Positions 27,823 to 40,500 of a stretch of 64,000 nt of DNA are shown here, piece by piece. The stretch is from Paramecium tetraurelia (lineage: Eukaryota): the NCBI GenBank assembly GCA_000165425.1, contig CT868629.1:310001-374000 (forward strand), written 5' to 3'. The first letter of the stretch is position 1, and the number at the start of each line of letters is the position of its first letter. Made by a program: the position numbers and the translations under genes. The notes under the pieces are model-generated. The model worked only from the letters and a program-made list of their open reading frames with translations, was not told where the DNA came from and did no database searches.

Positions 27823-28149
27823 TCAAAAATCATATACAAGATCTTTATTCATAATGAAAGAGACTTTTTCCCTTTTTTGTTTATTGTATTTACTGGTCAT
27901 TCTACTTTTTAAGCATTTTTTGTAGAGAGTTTGTATATGATTGTATTATTGTGAAAATTTCTAATTGAACTCTTTTTAGTCATCTTCAGACATATAAGGT
28001 TTGTTATTTATGCCCTCTAGAAATTCAGTTCCTCCTTTTATGTTGAGAATGTTTTATGATTTTATCAGTTTTTTATATGCTAACACTCTTTTCTTTGTGA
28101 CATATTAGAATTTCTTTTCAAAAGTGTCTCTGCTTGAATCTTTTTACAT
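27823..28149 (-). CDS. Small basic hypothetical protein (108 aa)
   Basis: Uninterrupted ORF MQKDSSRDTFEKKF...KDLVYDF*. Confidence 0.6.
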
Positions 28150-28346
28150 TAGAGTATTAAATAATAATATAATTATTGTTTCTATTTTTTTGCTTATATT
28201 ATCAAAATTTGCCAGAATTTATAAGTTATTCTTTAATTTTATATAAATAAATATTTTCATTATTAAATTGCTTAGAAATTAAAATGAATTACTATTAAGT
28301 TATTAATAAATAGGAATCAGAATATATTGAATAAGAGATAATTTAT

Positions 28347-28830
28347 TCATTCAATTTACTCATCTGATGAATCTGATATCATATCAAAGAAAGACTCTTG
28401 TTTTGTATTTTTATTCTTTTATTTTTGAAGCATTTGTTATTTGACCTTCATTTATTATATTTATTTTCTGGCTGTTTAATTAAGATGAACAAAATCATTA
28501 TCTGACATCTTTTTCACTTTATATAATCGATCAACCATCCCTTTGAATTCATCTCTGTTTAATACTCTTTATTTCTTTATTGTTGGGTAAAGCATCACTT
28601 AACCATCCAGTCCTTTCTTCTCACATAAGCCAAGCATTTGCAGTTTCTTTTTTAGAAAATCTTCTTCTGTTTAAAATTACCACTAAATATATGACATGAA
28701 TTACATCATCCATTTTATCATAACATTTCTTGATTAATTCTTCATCTTTCTCAATCATATCAATTACATCAGCTGCATAATTTTCATTTTAGAAATGATT
28801 CCTAATTTCTCTTTATAATAATTTATCCAT
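28347..28830 (-). CDS. Hypothetical protein (~150 aa)
   Basis: MDKYYKEKLGNHF..., 22 nt intron near 28683-28704, EFKGMVDRLY motif, TGA 28347-28349. Confidence 0.7.
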
Positions 28831-29391
28831 TAAAATAAAATATAATGTTAATACTCAATACTCAATACTCAAATGAAACAAAATAAGTAAGAAACTATTA
28901 GAATCACAATTCTCAGTAGCATCATAATTCAATTATTGGATAACTCACGTTTTGATTGTATCTCTTGGATTTGGATAATTTCAATTCATTAATTTTCACT
29001 GATAAATAGTATTAATTTTATCAATTTTAAGCTATTTAATTGAATATATAGAGTTAAAATATGGATTTCGTTAATATGATTCTCTTTCATGACTTGATTT
29101 AAATTATCAAGATATATATTCCCCCTTAATCTAAATAGTGTTTTTTCAATATTTATTTATTTTTTAATGCATCAATTAAGGATATGTGATAAGTAATATT
29201 TACGGATGATCTTTGAATAGAGGTTATTTATCAAAATTTGTGAGATTTATATTACATTTGCTCTGAAGAATAGAAGATTATCAATTCTTCGGGGAATTAT
29301 GAGAATTAATATTTGGATACTAAATAATGTATCTTTTTATTATATTTAATGCAAAATTACAATATTCATTTCATTATAATTTAATTGATTA

Positions 29392-30033
29392 ATGATCCAA
29401 GAGGATGATTGTTCACCAAATTTTCTTGGCCAAATACACAATTTTAAATAACAAAAATAACATCCTCTTGAGGATAAATAAATTGAAAATGGGCCTTGTA
29501 TATTTGATATTGAAGATGAGTAAAACGAATTCTAATAGTTTGAAAATAAAAATTAAGAAATTATATAATCAAGTAAATAGAGTCAGGATGATATTGATTG
29601 TGAGTAACCAGATTTAAAATCTACAAAACGTATGTCTTCAAAAATAGATAAAATGAAACATAAAAATAAAAATAAAAGCAATAGGGATTATTAAGTCATT
29701 GAAGAAGGTGTAGATGAACAATAGAAAACCAAAAATTTAAATAATTATTACATAAGGCATATTGTTAAGGAAATCAGAACTATACTGTAAAATGAAGAAA
29801 CTGAAGCCAACCTAATGTAACTATTAGATGGAAAATATAATTGTACTTAATTGGGGAAGATTTTAGATGAGGAATTGTATAGATAAATAGCAATAAGCTA
29901 TATTCTGAGTTTTAATTTTTTTAATGATTTACTATCTTCTAAGAAATTAAAAGATGTCGAACCTATTATAAAATATGCAAGACAATTAGAGAAAATTAGT
30001 TTTAAAAACGAAATTTTATATTTTAAAGACTGA
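29392..30033 (+). CDS. Hypothetical protein (213 aa)
   Basis: Uninterrupted ORF MIQEDDCSPNF...KTKNLNNYYIRHIVKEI...ILYFKD*. Confidence 0.75.
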
Positions 30034-30167
30034 AAATTGTTAAAATTTTTAATATCAACATTATTTGCTTTCTTTCTCAAATATATTATAATATAATAAA
30101 TAAAAATTGAATTATGATCTTTATTGAGAATAACTACTTAAAATTATTAATTAGAAATATTAACAAT

Positions 30168-32139
30168 TCATTATGTATTTAGAAGAGTTTAATAATGTTC
30201 TATTTTTTCAGCCCATGCTTTTTTATTTTCTGTAATTTGATCAATATAATCTGATAATAAGGGGAGTATTTATGCTAGAGTATTGTAGTATGGAAGAACC
30301 TATCATTAGTTGTTGTTATTACCATAAAGTCAATGAATCCAATTTGGCTTTTAGCTACATTTGTAGTTCTCCTATCACAGAGCATCGTTATTGGAAGACC
30401 TAATTCCTTCTCTTTGTCTCCTTGAACCCAAAATTCTCCAAGAACTCTGAAGGTCCATTTTTCATAGTTTTTCATAGGTTTGAAAGGATTGCTAATATCA
30501 GCTGCATGTAACAATGTATCAAAACAAATTCCTTTATCCTTAGCTCCTGGATCAAAATCATTTGAGGCTAATCTTGCCTTTAATTTATTGTAATCTAATG
30601 AAAAGAATTTCAATACCTTTTCCATGCATGGCATTGTCAGTACTAAGAATCATGTTGATAGATTTTTCTCTGAAATATTTGAAATCAGATAAGGTAAAAT
30701 TTGTTAACAAATCTGCTTCTCTAATGAATCTGAATAAAGTGGATGCATGATGTTATTCAAGAGGAGATTTATCATTATAAGTCATAGCCAACTCATGTCG
30801 AGTATTTGATAGGAAAATATTATTCAAGCCTGGATGATCGACGTCATGTGCTGCAGCAGACAATAAGAGAATCGAGTAATCTATTTTTGATAGTTTTCCT
30901 ATTTCCTTAAAGTTGCATTTTTGAATAAAAAAATAAACAGTATGAGTAACATCAAAGGCATGAATAACGTTATGGTACAAATTTTCTTTGTGATAACTTG
31001 AAGCTAGCCTATCCACACATTTTTTAAATGATTCTGGAGATATTCTCAAAGAACTAAACAATTATTCTTTTTGGAAGTAGTAACACATTAAATGAGTCAG
31101 TATGGAGAGATCATATTTTTCAAATAGAGAAAAGTAATCATAATCTAGATTTAAGATGTGTTATTCAAAATCCTAATTTAATTGTTCTGGCAAATGAGAT
31201 TCGTCATAAAATTGGATGTCTGATGACATTGAGCGTTTTAAATCTTGGGAAATCTATTAATGTTATTATGGCTGATTGAGCCAACCTAGAGCTTCACTCT
31301 TTCTTCCCTCAATTATGGGTTCGTAAACAGTGTTATTAGATATATGTGTTATGCCCCAATTTAATTATTTTATAATTTCTGGATCTTCGAATTAATCTAC
31401 AAGATCTCTCATAATTTCAATTACCTTCTCAACTGGGGATCGTACAACATATCTTGCCCCAGCATTATTAATCTTTTTGACTTGATTAAACTTTAGGAAA
31501 ATAGTATGAAATTTACTTTTCGAAAGACTAAAAACAATCTTAAGAATCTGAAGATTCCCCTTAACACTTTGCTTATTGTTGTAAATGCATCACCTTCTAA
31601 ATTGAGATCGAGAATGATTAAAACAATTGAAGCAATAATAATGAGAGCATCAAAAACAGACCACAAATCCGAAAAGTATGTCTAATGTATATAACATTTA
31701 CTATAAATCCAACTGTGATACATCGTATTGAAATTTCTAAGACAAAGAGAATGAGGATGACCAATTCAATTATTTTGGTAATAAAAAGTGTTTTATCTAT
31801 GTCTGCATCTTCCTTAGCGTCGTTGGCTATACATATTATCACCAAGTAAGTTACATGTAAATGAGAAGTTAATGAATACCAATAATGTAAAGAAGACCAC
31901 TAAAACAATGACAATTTTATCAATCAGAGGAATTCCTACCTGTTTCTAATCAGCAATTCTGTGATAATTATGGATAATTACTCATCAGCAACTACACGAT
32001 CAAACCCATCAACATTATAAGAAGACCTACGTTCTCCAAGAATGTTTGAAATTTCCTTAGAACCTCGTGGAACTATTTTTGCTCCCGTTTAACCTACGTT
32101 CCTTTTGGAGTCCTCCTTCAAGTTTTATTCTTCTGCCAT
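30168..32139 (-). CDS. Class I 3',5'-cyclic nucleotide phosphodiesterase with N-terminal voltage-sensor-like (S1-S4) domain, ~609 aa
   Basis: PDE motifs YHNVIHAFDV, HDVDHPGLNN, LEQHH, TD, LHAADISNP, EFWVQGD, SQIGFIDF. Six introns (31959-31981, 31827-31854, 31682-31701, 31491-31516, 30595-30616, 30300-30322) give one frame with four TM helices including an Arg-rich S4. Confidence 0.92.
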
Positions 32140-32329
32140 ATATGTTTATTTTATAAATTAAATATTTCAATCCTAGAATCCTAGAATGTAAATCAATAAT
32201 TTACTACTTACTCATAAAATAATAGAAATAAGTATTACGGACAAAACCAAATTGTTAAGATATCATTTTGATCTATAACATTAGCCTGAACATTAAAAAT
32301 TCAATTATGTTTATTATTAGATTATATTT

Positions 32330-33323
32330 TCAATCAAATCGAGGGCCTTCTTCAATTTATCCATCCATAACTATTGTAACACAATATCTTACTCATATCC
32401 TCAATCTTTCTTTCTAAATTGAGTTCTTATCCGAGCTGTATTGGGAAAGGAATGTTGACAAGTTATTGATATGGCAATTGAGCGAACATCTGATTCAAAG
32501 GAGCTGGAAAAGGGAAGATATGGTAGTATTGAGGTTATGGAGGTCTGTAGGTATTGTACTATTCTTGAACTGGTTGTGTTTTTATTCGTTTAGTTAAAGA
32601 TGGTTCAGCTGGTTTTCTACCTCTTTTTTTTGGTTCTGCCTAAGGGGCTGGGTTTTTTGGTTTTGGTCCTCTTTTTTTTGGGATTGTAGATGTAGCTACA
32701 TCAAAACAGATGTCATTTTGAAATTTATTTTCATCCTTACTTTTATAATCTTCATTTACTATTTTTAATATCACGTGAACAAACTCATGTCTATTAAAAC
32801 TGTTTATGTGATCTGCAGATTTGATATGCTAAATAAATTATTAGATTCCTAAATTTACATCCAAATAATCTGCGTAAGGTTTGCGACAAACTCCACAATA
32901 TCTGTGCTTTCTGCCTGGTTTAGGAATTTACTACTAATATAATAATGTATTACTAATTTAGTTTTTTTGGTTGTGTATTCCTAAACTTTTTTTTAATGAT
33001 CCTCTTTATATTTCTACATGCTCTTTATATAGTCATTCTAATTAATGTATTCATTTAAATTATACTCGATCCACTTCTAAAATGAACCCTGGTAAACATT
33101 GCTATTCATCTTAATTGAAAACAGGAACTATATTTTCATAACAAGATAACTAAAGATATTAATTTGGGTCTCATACAGCATCATTATACAAAGGGCAAAA
33201 ATCAATGTTGGTAACATGTTTGAGCCAACATTTTGTACTTTTCGGTTGGAGATTGAATTGATGTTCAGGGCATTTAGGCTGACACTTGCGTTTGCCTGAA
33301 CTTTATAATTTTTCTCCAGCCAT
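32330..33323 (-). CDS. DBF4-type zinc finger protein with AT-hook-like motifs
   Basis: Spliced KPGRKHRYCGVCRKPYADYLDHIKSADH; PKKRGPKPK and PKKRGRKP; five predicted introns. Confidence 0.75.
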
Positions 33324-33480
33324 TTAAATTAATTATATATATTAGATATTCAATTATTTTGTTTTTCTTATACAGGTTGGAACACTCTGTAGGAACAACA
33401 AGAAAACATTTAAATTTCATTATATACATATTGAAAACAATCTGATTCCCAAAAAACACAACAATAATTATTATTTAATA

Positions 33481-35750
33481 ATGCAATATATTGATTAAGG
33501 AAGTGCTCTTTCTAACAAAAATGTCCCAGGGAGAAGATTACAAAAGAAGAACTCTCTCTTTTATCAAGTAAGACCATTATAAGTAGCTTAGTAATCCGTT
33601 TTGGAAAATGAAGAATTCACACAACGCTATCAAAAGAATGCCGATGAATTGCAAGTTTTTAAGGATGATCCCTATCTTGAACCACACAAACAGCACTTCT
33701 AAGTAAGGAATGCAAAATTCTTCGAATTACTTGAATAGATAGTCAAAGTCGAATCTTCACTCAAAGATTTTGCCAAGGGGTATCTAGATCTGTAAAATAT
33801 TAGATATGAGAAATATGGGTTTTTGATTTCTGACACCGGAATTACATATAAGGAATGGGCACCAGGAGCTAAAGAAGTTTATTTGACAGGGGATTTTAAC
33901 AATTGGGATAAAATGCAATATTCTCTAACTTCAGATTCATTTGGAAATTGGGAAATATTTTTACCAAGAAATGAAGATGGTTCCTATCTGATCCCTCATG
34001 GTTCGAGAGTCAAGGCTTACATAAAGGATGCTAATGGTCAATACTAATTCAGAATCCCAGCCTGGATACGAACTACATGGCAGAATCAAGAGAATAAAGT
34101 ATTTATTAGATAATAAAATATGTAAGTTATATGACGGAGTATTTTACAACCCAGAAAATAAATACGAATTTAAGCACAACAGACCACCAAAGCCTAGATG
34201 TCTCAAAATTTATGAAGTACATATAGGCATGGCTGGTATTGACCCAAGAGTCCACACCTTCAAAGAATTTACTTAAACAGTTCTCCCAAGAGTAGTTAAA
34301 CTGGGGTACAATGTTATTTAAATAATGGCAATATAAGAACATGCCTATTATGGAAGCTTTGGATACCATGTTACTAACTTCTTTGCTGTCAGCAGTAGGT
34401 TTGGTAGTCCAGATGACTTGAAAGAGTTGATTGACACAGCACATTCTCATGGAATTAGTGTTTTAATGGATTTAGTTCATAGTCATGCATCCAGTAATGT
34501 ATTAGATGGCATTAATTAATGGGATGGCACCGATTATCATTATTTCCATGCTGGTGGTAAGGGCAAACACGATTTATGGGATTCTAAATTATTTGATTAT
34601 TCTAAATGGGAAGTGATAAGATTTCTATTGTCCAATTTATCATGGTGGATAAACGAATATTAATTTGATGGATTTAGATTTGATGGTGTCACATCTATGT
34701 TGTATGTTCATCATGGAAATGGTTATGGTTTCACAGGAGGTTATCACGAATACTTTAATGAATTAGCTGACATCGATTCATTAGTTTATTTGATGCTGGC
34801 TAATGATCTCATACATGAAATTCATCCTAATGCCATTACTGTTGCTGAAGATGTGTCTGGTTATCCAACATTGTGTCGTAACATTAAAGAAGGTGGAATT
34901 GGATTTGATTACAGAATGGCTATGGCTGTTCCAGATAAATGGATTAAATTACTTAAGGAATTTAAGGATGATGATTGGGATATGGGAGATATCGCTCATA
35001 CACTTACAAATAGAAGATATCTAGAAAAATGCATATGTTATGCTGAATCTCATGACTAAGCATTGGTAGGAGATAAGACTCTTTCCATGTGGCTCTTTGA
35101 TAAGGAAATCTATAGCGAAATGAGCACTCTTCAGCCAGAAACCTTAGTCACTTTTAGAGGCATGGCATTACATAAAATGTTAAGATTGATTACATTTGCT
35201 TTAGGAGGAGAAGGATACTTAAATTTCATGGGTAATGAATTCGGACACCCTGAATGGATTGATTTTCCAAGAGAGGGTAATGGATGGAGTTATCATCATG
35301 CCAGAAGAAGATGGGATCTAGCTGATGATTAATCCCTAAGATACTCCAGGCTCTTATAATTTGATGCTGAAATGATTAATCTTGAAGACTAATACCCCTG
35401 GTTACCTAATGGGGATTAGTGGGTTACTGAAAAGCACAATGAAACAAAAGTAATTGTTTTTGAGAGAGGATCTCTTCTATTTGTATTTAATTTCCATCCT
35501 ACTTAGGTATTTTGTTTTAATCATTATTAATTAATAGTCATATGAACATTTTAGAGTTGGCACTAAATTTGAAACAGATCATAGAATAGTTTTAGATACC
35601 GATGATGTCAGATTTGGAGGTCATTCAAGAGTTTCACCCTCTTATGGTCAAAATTTCCCAATCATTAAGGAAGAATGGCAAGGTAGACCTAATTACATCT
35701 AAATCTATTTACCTAATAGATGCGCTATCGTTTTTAAATCAATTGAGTGA
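33481..35750 (+). CDS. GBE1: 1,4-alpha-glucan (glycogen) branching enzyme, GH13
   Basis: [76 protein letters not shown]. Confidence 0.97.
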
Positions 35751-35798
35751 TTTTTTGTTTTAAAAAGACATACATATAACGATTAATTTAATTTTAAA

Positions 35799-36813
35799 AT
35801 GTATTCGCTACAGAAATTAGTGCCAAATAGTAAATTACAAATTAAGCCTGGAGCATTCTCTCAACATCAAAAATTAAATTAAAGTGTTGATGGTGTATTA
35901 CCTGTTAATTAATAATCTTTGCAGCAACTACAAACATAGATACAAATATTAACAAAAAAAGAACCTCTGCGCCAATAAAATAAGAAATAAGAATTACTAT
36001 AGATATTAGAGAACGCTCAAGCAAACTAAAAACAAACTAAATCTATGTCACCAAAAAGAACACCATAGAAGTAGAAGAGTAACAGAAAATTGAATTTTAA
36101 TTAACTCACAGATCAGGACAATCTATTTTTGAATTCCAGCAATGCCATGGCCAATATGATTATTGAAAACATATTAAATAAGGATGAATACTATGAGAAA
36201 ATTAAATTAGAGAATCAAGAACTTAAAGATCAATCCACAAAATATTAAGTCACAATAGGAGATCTTAAAAAGAAAATAACTACATTAGAACGCTAGAATA
36301 AAGAAATCAATACTAATCTCAGTAATGAACGTTAAACATATTAAAGTGAGCTGATTAAAATCAATGAGAAGATTCAATCCATGAAGACTATGCAGTAAAA
36401 CCTATAGATGGAATAAAAGAAAAATGAATTGCTCACAAAATAATTGTAAGATCAAATTACTATTAATAATGGCTTAAAATCTTTTATCTGTGAAAACTGT
36501 TTGTTAAGTATAGAATTCTTAACATTTCTCTAAAAGTCAGTGTAAACATTTTAACCAAATCTAAGTAATGCTTATGACACATTAATTGCATTATCAAAGC
36601 ATTCAACATCCTTTATTTTAGAATTTATCTCTAAAACTCAGACTTTGAACCTTCCTACATTAAGAAATTGCCTTTTACCAGAAGAATTTGATGTCAATGG
36701 ATTTTTCGAGACTTTAGAATAACTGAAAATGCATGATTCCCCAGAATTGTCATTTCGTAATAAAAATAATAATGTTGTGAAATAGAGCGTTCATATAAAT
36801 AATAATAATAATC

Positions 36814-36872
<59 letters not shown>

Positions 36873-37514
36873 CATTGTAATAATAATAATAATCTATAAA
36901 TTTCAGATGTTGGAAAATAAAATAAAATTACAACTTTGTAAGAATAATTTAATGCATTTCTTGAATCAAGTGAACCATTTACAGATTCTTAATTAGGAAG
37001 TCCTTATTTCACAGATTTTGATACACTAGATAAACAAAGACCTTTCACAAAGGAAAAGTAGAGGAATCAAATGCCTTTGCAAATAAACGCATCAAAAAAA
37101 ATTAAGCAAGAAATCAATTAGACTCCTCATTATTTTTAATCATTCAAATAAAACGAAAATGAACCAACAGTCTTTGATTCTCTAATGAAAGAGGCTCCCA
37201 TAAACAAAGATAGATGTTCATCAGTTCATAGTTTAAGATATTTAGATTAGCAAATTCAAAAGGAGTAAGACAAATCAACCAAAAGGAACAAAGAAAACTA
37301 ATAAGTTAATTGCCAGTATGTGATTGCTAAGTACGATTATAAAGCATAAAAAGTAAATACATATTTAATAAATTAATAGGAGATTGATTTGAGTTTTAAG
37401 AAGGGAGATTAAATAAAACTATTAAAAAAGACAACCAATGGATGGTGGTATGGTGAGGATAAAAATTAGGTCAAGGGGTACTTTCCACATAATTTTGTTC
37501 AATTAGTAGGATGA
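35799..37514 (+). CDS. Coiled-coil protein with poly-Asn tract and C-terminal SH3 domain
   Basis: YVIAKYDYKAQK/EIDLSFKKGDQIKLLKKTTNGWWYGE...GYFPHNFV across an intron near 37353-37379. Confidence 0.88.
36798..36893 (+). repeat. (AAT)n microsatellite encoding poly-Asn
   Basis: About 30 AAT units interrupted by CAT/TGT, in frame in the SH3 gene. Confidence 0.95.
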
Positions 37515-40500
37515 TTGTAGTTAAATAAATTAGTTTTCATTTTTTGATCTTAACTTTCCATAACATATCTGTTTAGCAATTTGATTATATCTTAAGTAGA
37601 TTCTATAACTAAGTTGCTATTCTTTTCGATTTGATCTGATATTGAGACACAATGAAATTTCTAAGTTTAAATGGAATAATACTTTGTTTAAAGGCATATT
37701 TGCATATTAAAATATTTGCATAATCTTTTCTAACCATCCTCTATCAAATGAAATGATATTAGCAAATGAAACCAAACCTTTCTGATTTGTTTCATTAATT
37801 ATTATCATTTTGAGTAATTCTTCTATTTGTTAATATTGATGTTTGATCTTAATTGTATAGTTCTCTTAAAACACCAAATAATCATCAAATTCTAATTTTA
37901 GTTCTTTAATTAAATTAGAAAGGAAAACATTAGCAGCAGCATTTGTATCTTTGATCTGCTCTTTAAAGGATAAAGTATAAATTTAATTCTTTTCTGTTAA
38001 ATTCAAATGTTCCAAAAGGGACAATTACTTTAATTTTGCTTATATTTAATCATCTCTATCTACAATTTATTAGAAACCAGTTTGATTATTTTATTTTATA
38101 AAGAGCCCATCTTAAGCAATCATATACAAATTATTGATGGAACCAAAGTTCAATTCCATGAGTTCGCATTCTTAATCAGAAACAATAATAAGAGTATTGT
38201 TCTCATCTTATGCTAATTTTTCAAATGCTTGAACTAATTAATCTAGTTTTTAGATCTTCTATAAAAATTTTTGAGTGTATGCAAGAATTATGATTCTCTG
38301 ATTATCAAGATAGCTAGTATTAGCAAATTTCGAAACAATATTGGTTGTCTCAATTGAGCAAAAATGCTTATCTTTTAAACCAATCGTTAATTCTTTTGCT
38401 GAGTCATACAATTATTTATCGAACCAAAAATCCTCGCAATAACTCAAATGATCATTTAGTCTATGTAACCAATCATCGCTATTTGGAACATTAATAAATG
38501 TAGGTTTTTGATCAATCAAATAATTCAAGATTGTCTTAGCTGATTCAGACGCATTGTTAGGATTGATTTTTCTATGATCAACTTTCAATGAACACCATTA
38601 ACTTAGGACTAATTTTGCAGCTCTCTTTTTAAACTATCTAACATAGATGTATTCTAAATAGTTTGAGCAAATGCTTTCCCTCAACGAGGTCTTTATGAAA
38701 ACATCCGCCTTTCCATAGAGACTGACTAATTCACTTTATGTTAGATCAAGTTTAATAGTAATTAATTCCTATTAACAATTTTGATTAATTTTTTCTGCTA
38801 GTGCCATTACTTCTTCTAAGTATCTAGCTATCTAAGAATTACTCTAATAATCTTCATCATTATTGGTGTATAAGATTTGAATTAATTAGATCTTATATTA
38901 CTTTAGTAGATGCATCTACTCAATTATTTTGAATTTCTATAGCAGACCACTTAAGAGCGATAAACTATCAACTCCAAGTAGGGTAAATTATTAATCTTAA
39001 TTAATATCGTCTACCGTTATTAGGTTTGATATTTGTTTAATGTTCAAGCCAACACTCCCATAATCCAAAATGATTTTTCTGCCTAAGACTTCAATTGTAA
39101 ATGCACTCATACCAGAGACTTGTGTTAGTTTTTGATATTTTTAGGGTAGACAATGCACAAATTAATACAAATCTTTTAATTATATCAATGAGATCAGATC
39201 ACTCATTAATATAGATGATAATATAGTTTCACTGCATGATAGAATTCGAAACTATTTAGGATTTGGGAATGACCTCCTCATTATTGTACATATCCTTGGT
39301 CTATTCTCATTTTTTCGAATTAATCCTTCCTTTATATAGATTGGAATCAGAAAGAGATGATAGTCAAAAATGAATATCGAGTGCAAATGACTAAATTAGT
39401 TTGCAAATAGTGTGCATTGTAATGCTTCTTAAACATATTTTGCAAAGATCTTATTGATTTCCATGTAATCATCCTCCGAGTGCAATCGCAAATGTGGAGT
39501 TAAATTATTGAAGACTGGACTTATCAACTAAGGAAAACAGCCTAGGATGTCTTCATCTAATTAGATTCCAAAGCATTTGTACTATTCATAAATATATTAC
39601 TAGATTAGAGCATATTCATTTTCATCTGCAATTTGAATTCCGATCCATCCAATCCAAATTGCCTTCAAACTTAATCTGTTACTAAAAAGATTGTACATAT
39701 TGATATAATATGGATCTGAAGTAGATTCAAACTTATATTTGTTTGTTAAATCTAGATGTAATTACGGTAAACATACCCTTTTTATTTGTCACTTTACAGA
39801 ATTAATCAATTAAAGTTATTTTTAAAGGTATCTTCAAAGACAAACAAATCACATAAGAGTCTGTAAATATTTGAGTAGAAGAAGAGCGCTTTCTTTTATA
39901 ATCAAAAATCAAATCGGAAGATCCGTATTATTCTGAAATTTTTTTAAATTTAGATATTGACTTTAATTTTTGTTTACATTCAAAATGACTCTAAAATGGA
40001 TTAAGTTATTATTATACCTTTATTATTTCTCTCCAATCTGCTTCCAATTAACGAATTGAGACAGTGGCAGGTCCTCTTTCTTCTATCGTTAATTCTGCAT
40101 TGCTTTCGTTATCAGACTTAATATTTAATGATTATCATACTGAATCTAAAGCATTATCAAAGGGATCATAATCTCTTGATCGATTAAGTTTTTAAACTTT
40201 CACTAAATTGCATTTTATACAAATATATACTTAGCTCCTCTTAAACAAATTCATTCGAGATTTCATATTTTTAAAATGTTCTAATATTCATTGAGGGTTT
40301 ATCGAATGTTATATAGAGGAAATTGCGCCTAAAGTCGCACTTATGGATTCGATTTGGGATGCTCTCCCAAATGTAATCATCTCCATCTTGAATTAGGCAC
40401 TTGAATTCTAATCGAAAACCTAAAAGCTCAAAACGATTATTAACTTGGATCAATTTGAATTTTGCTTTCGTGGCCCCATTCAGGATAAGTTTCACTAGAA

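Noticed and set aside
31860..31930. N-terminal domain of the PDE as an Hv1 proton channel
   Set aside because: By-eye alignment puts Phe (LVVFFTLL) at the Hv1 S1 selectivity Asp position (LVVLDALL), and S4 lacks the RxWRxxR signature.
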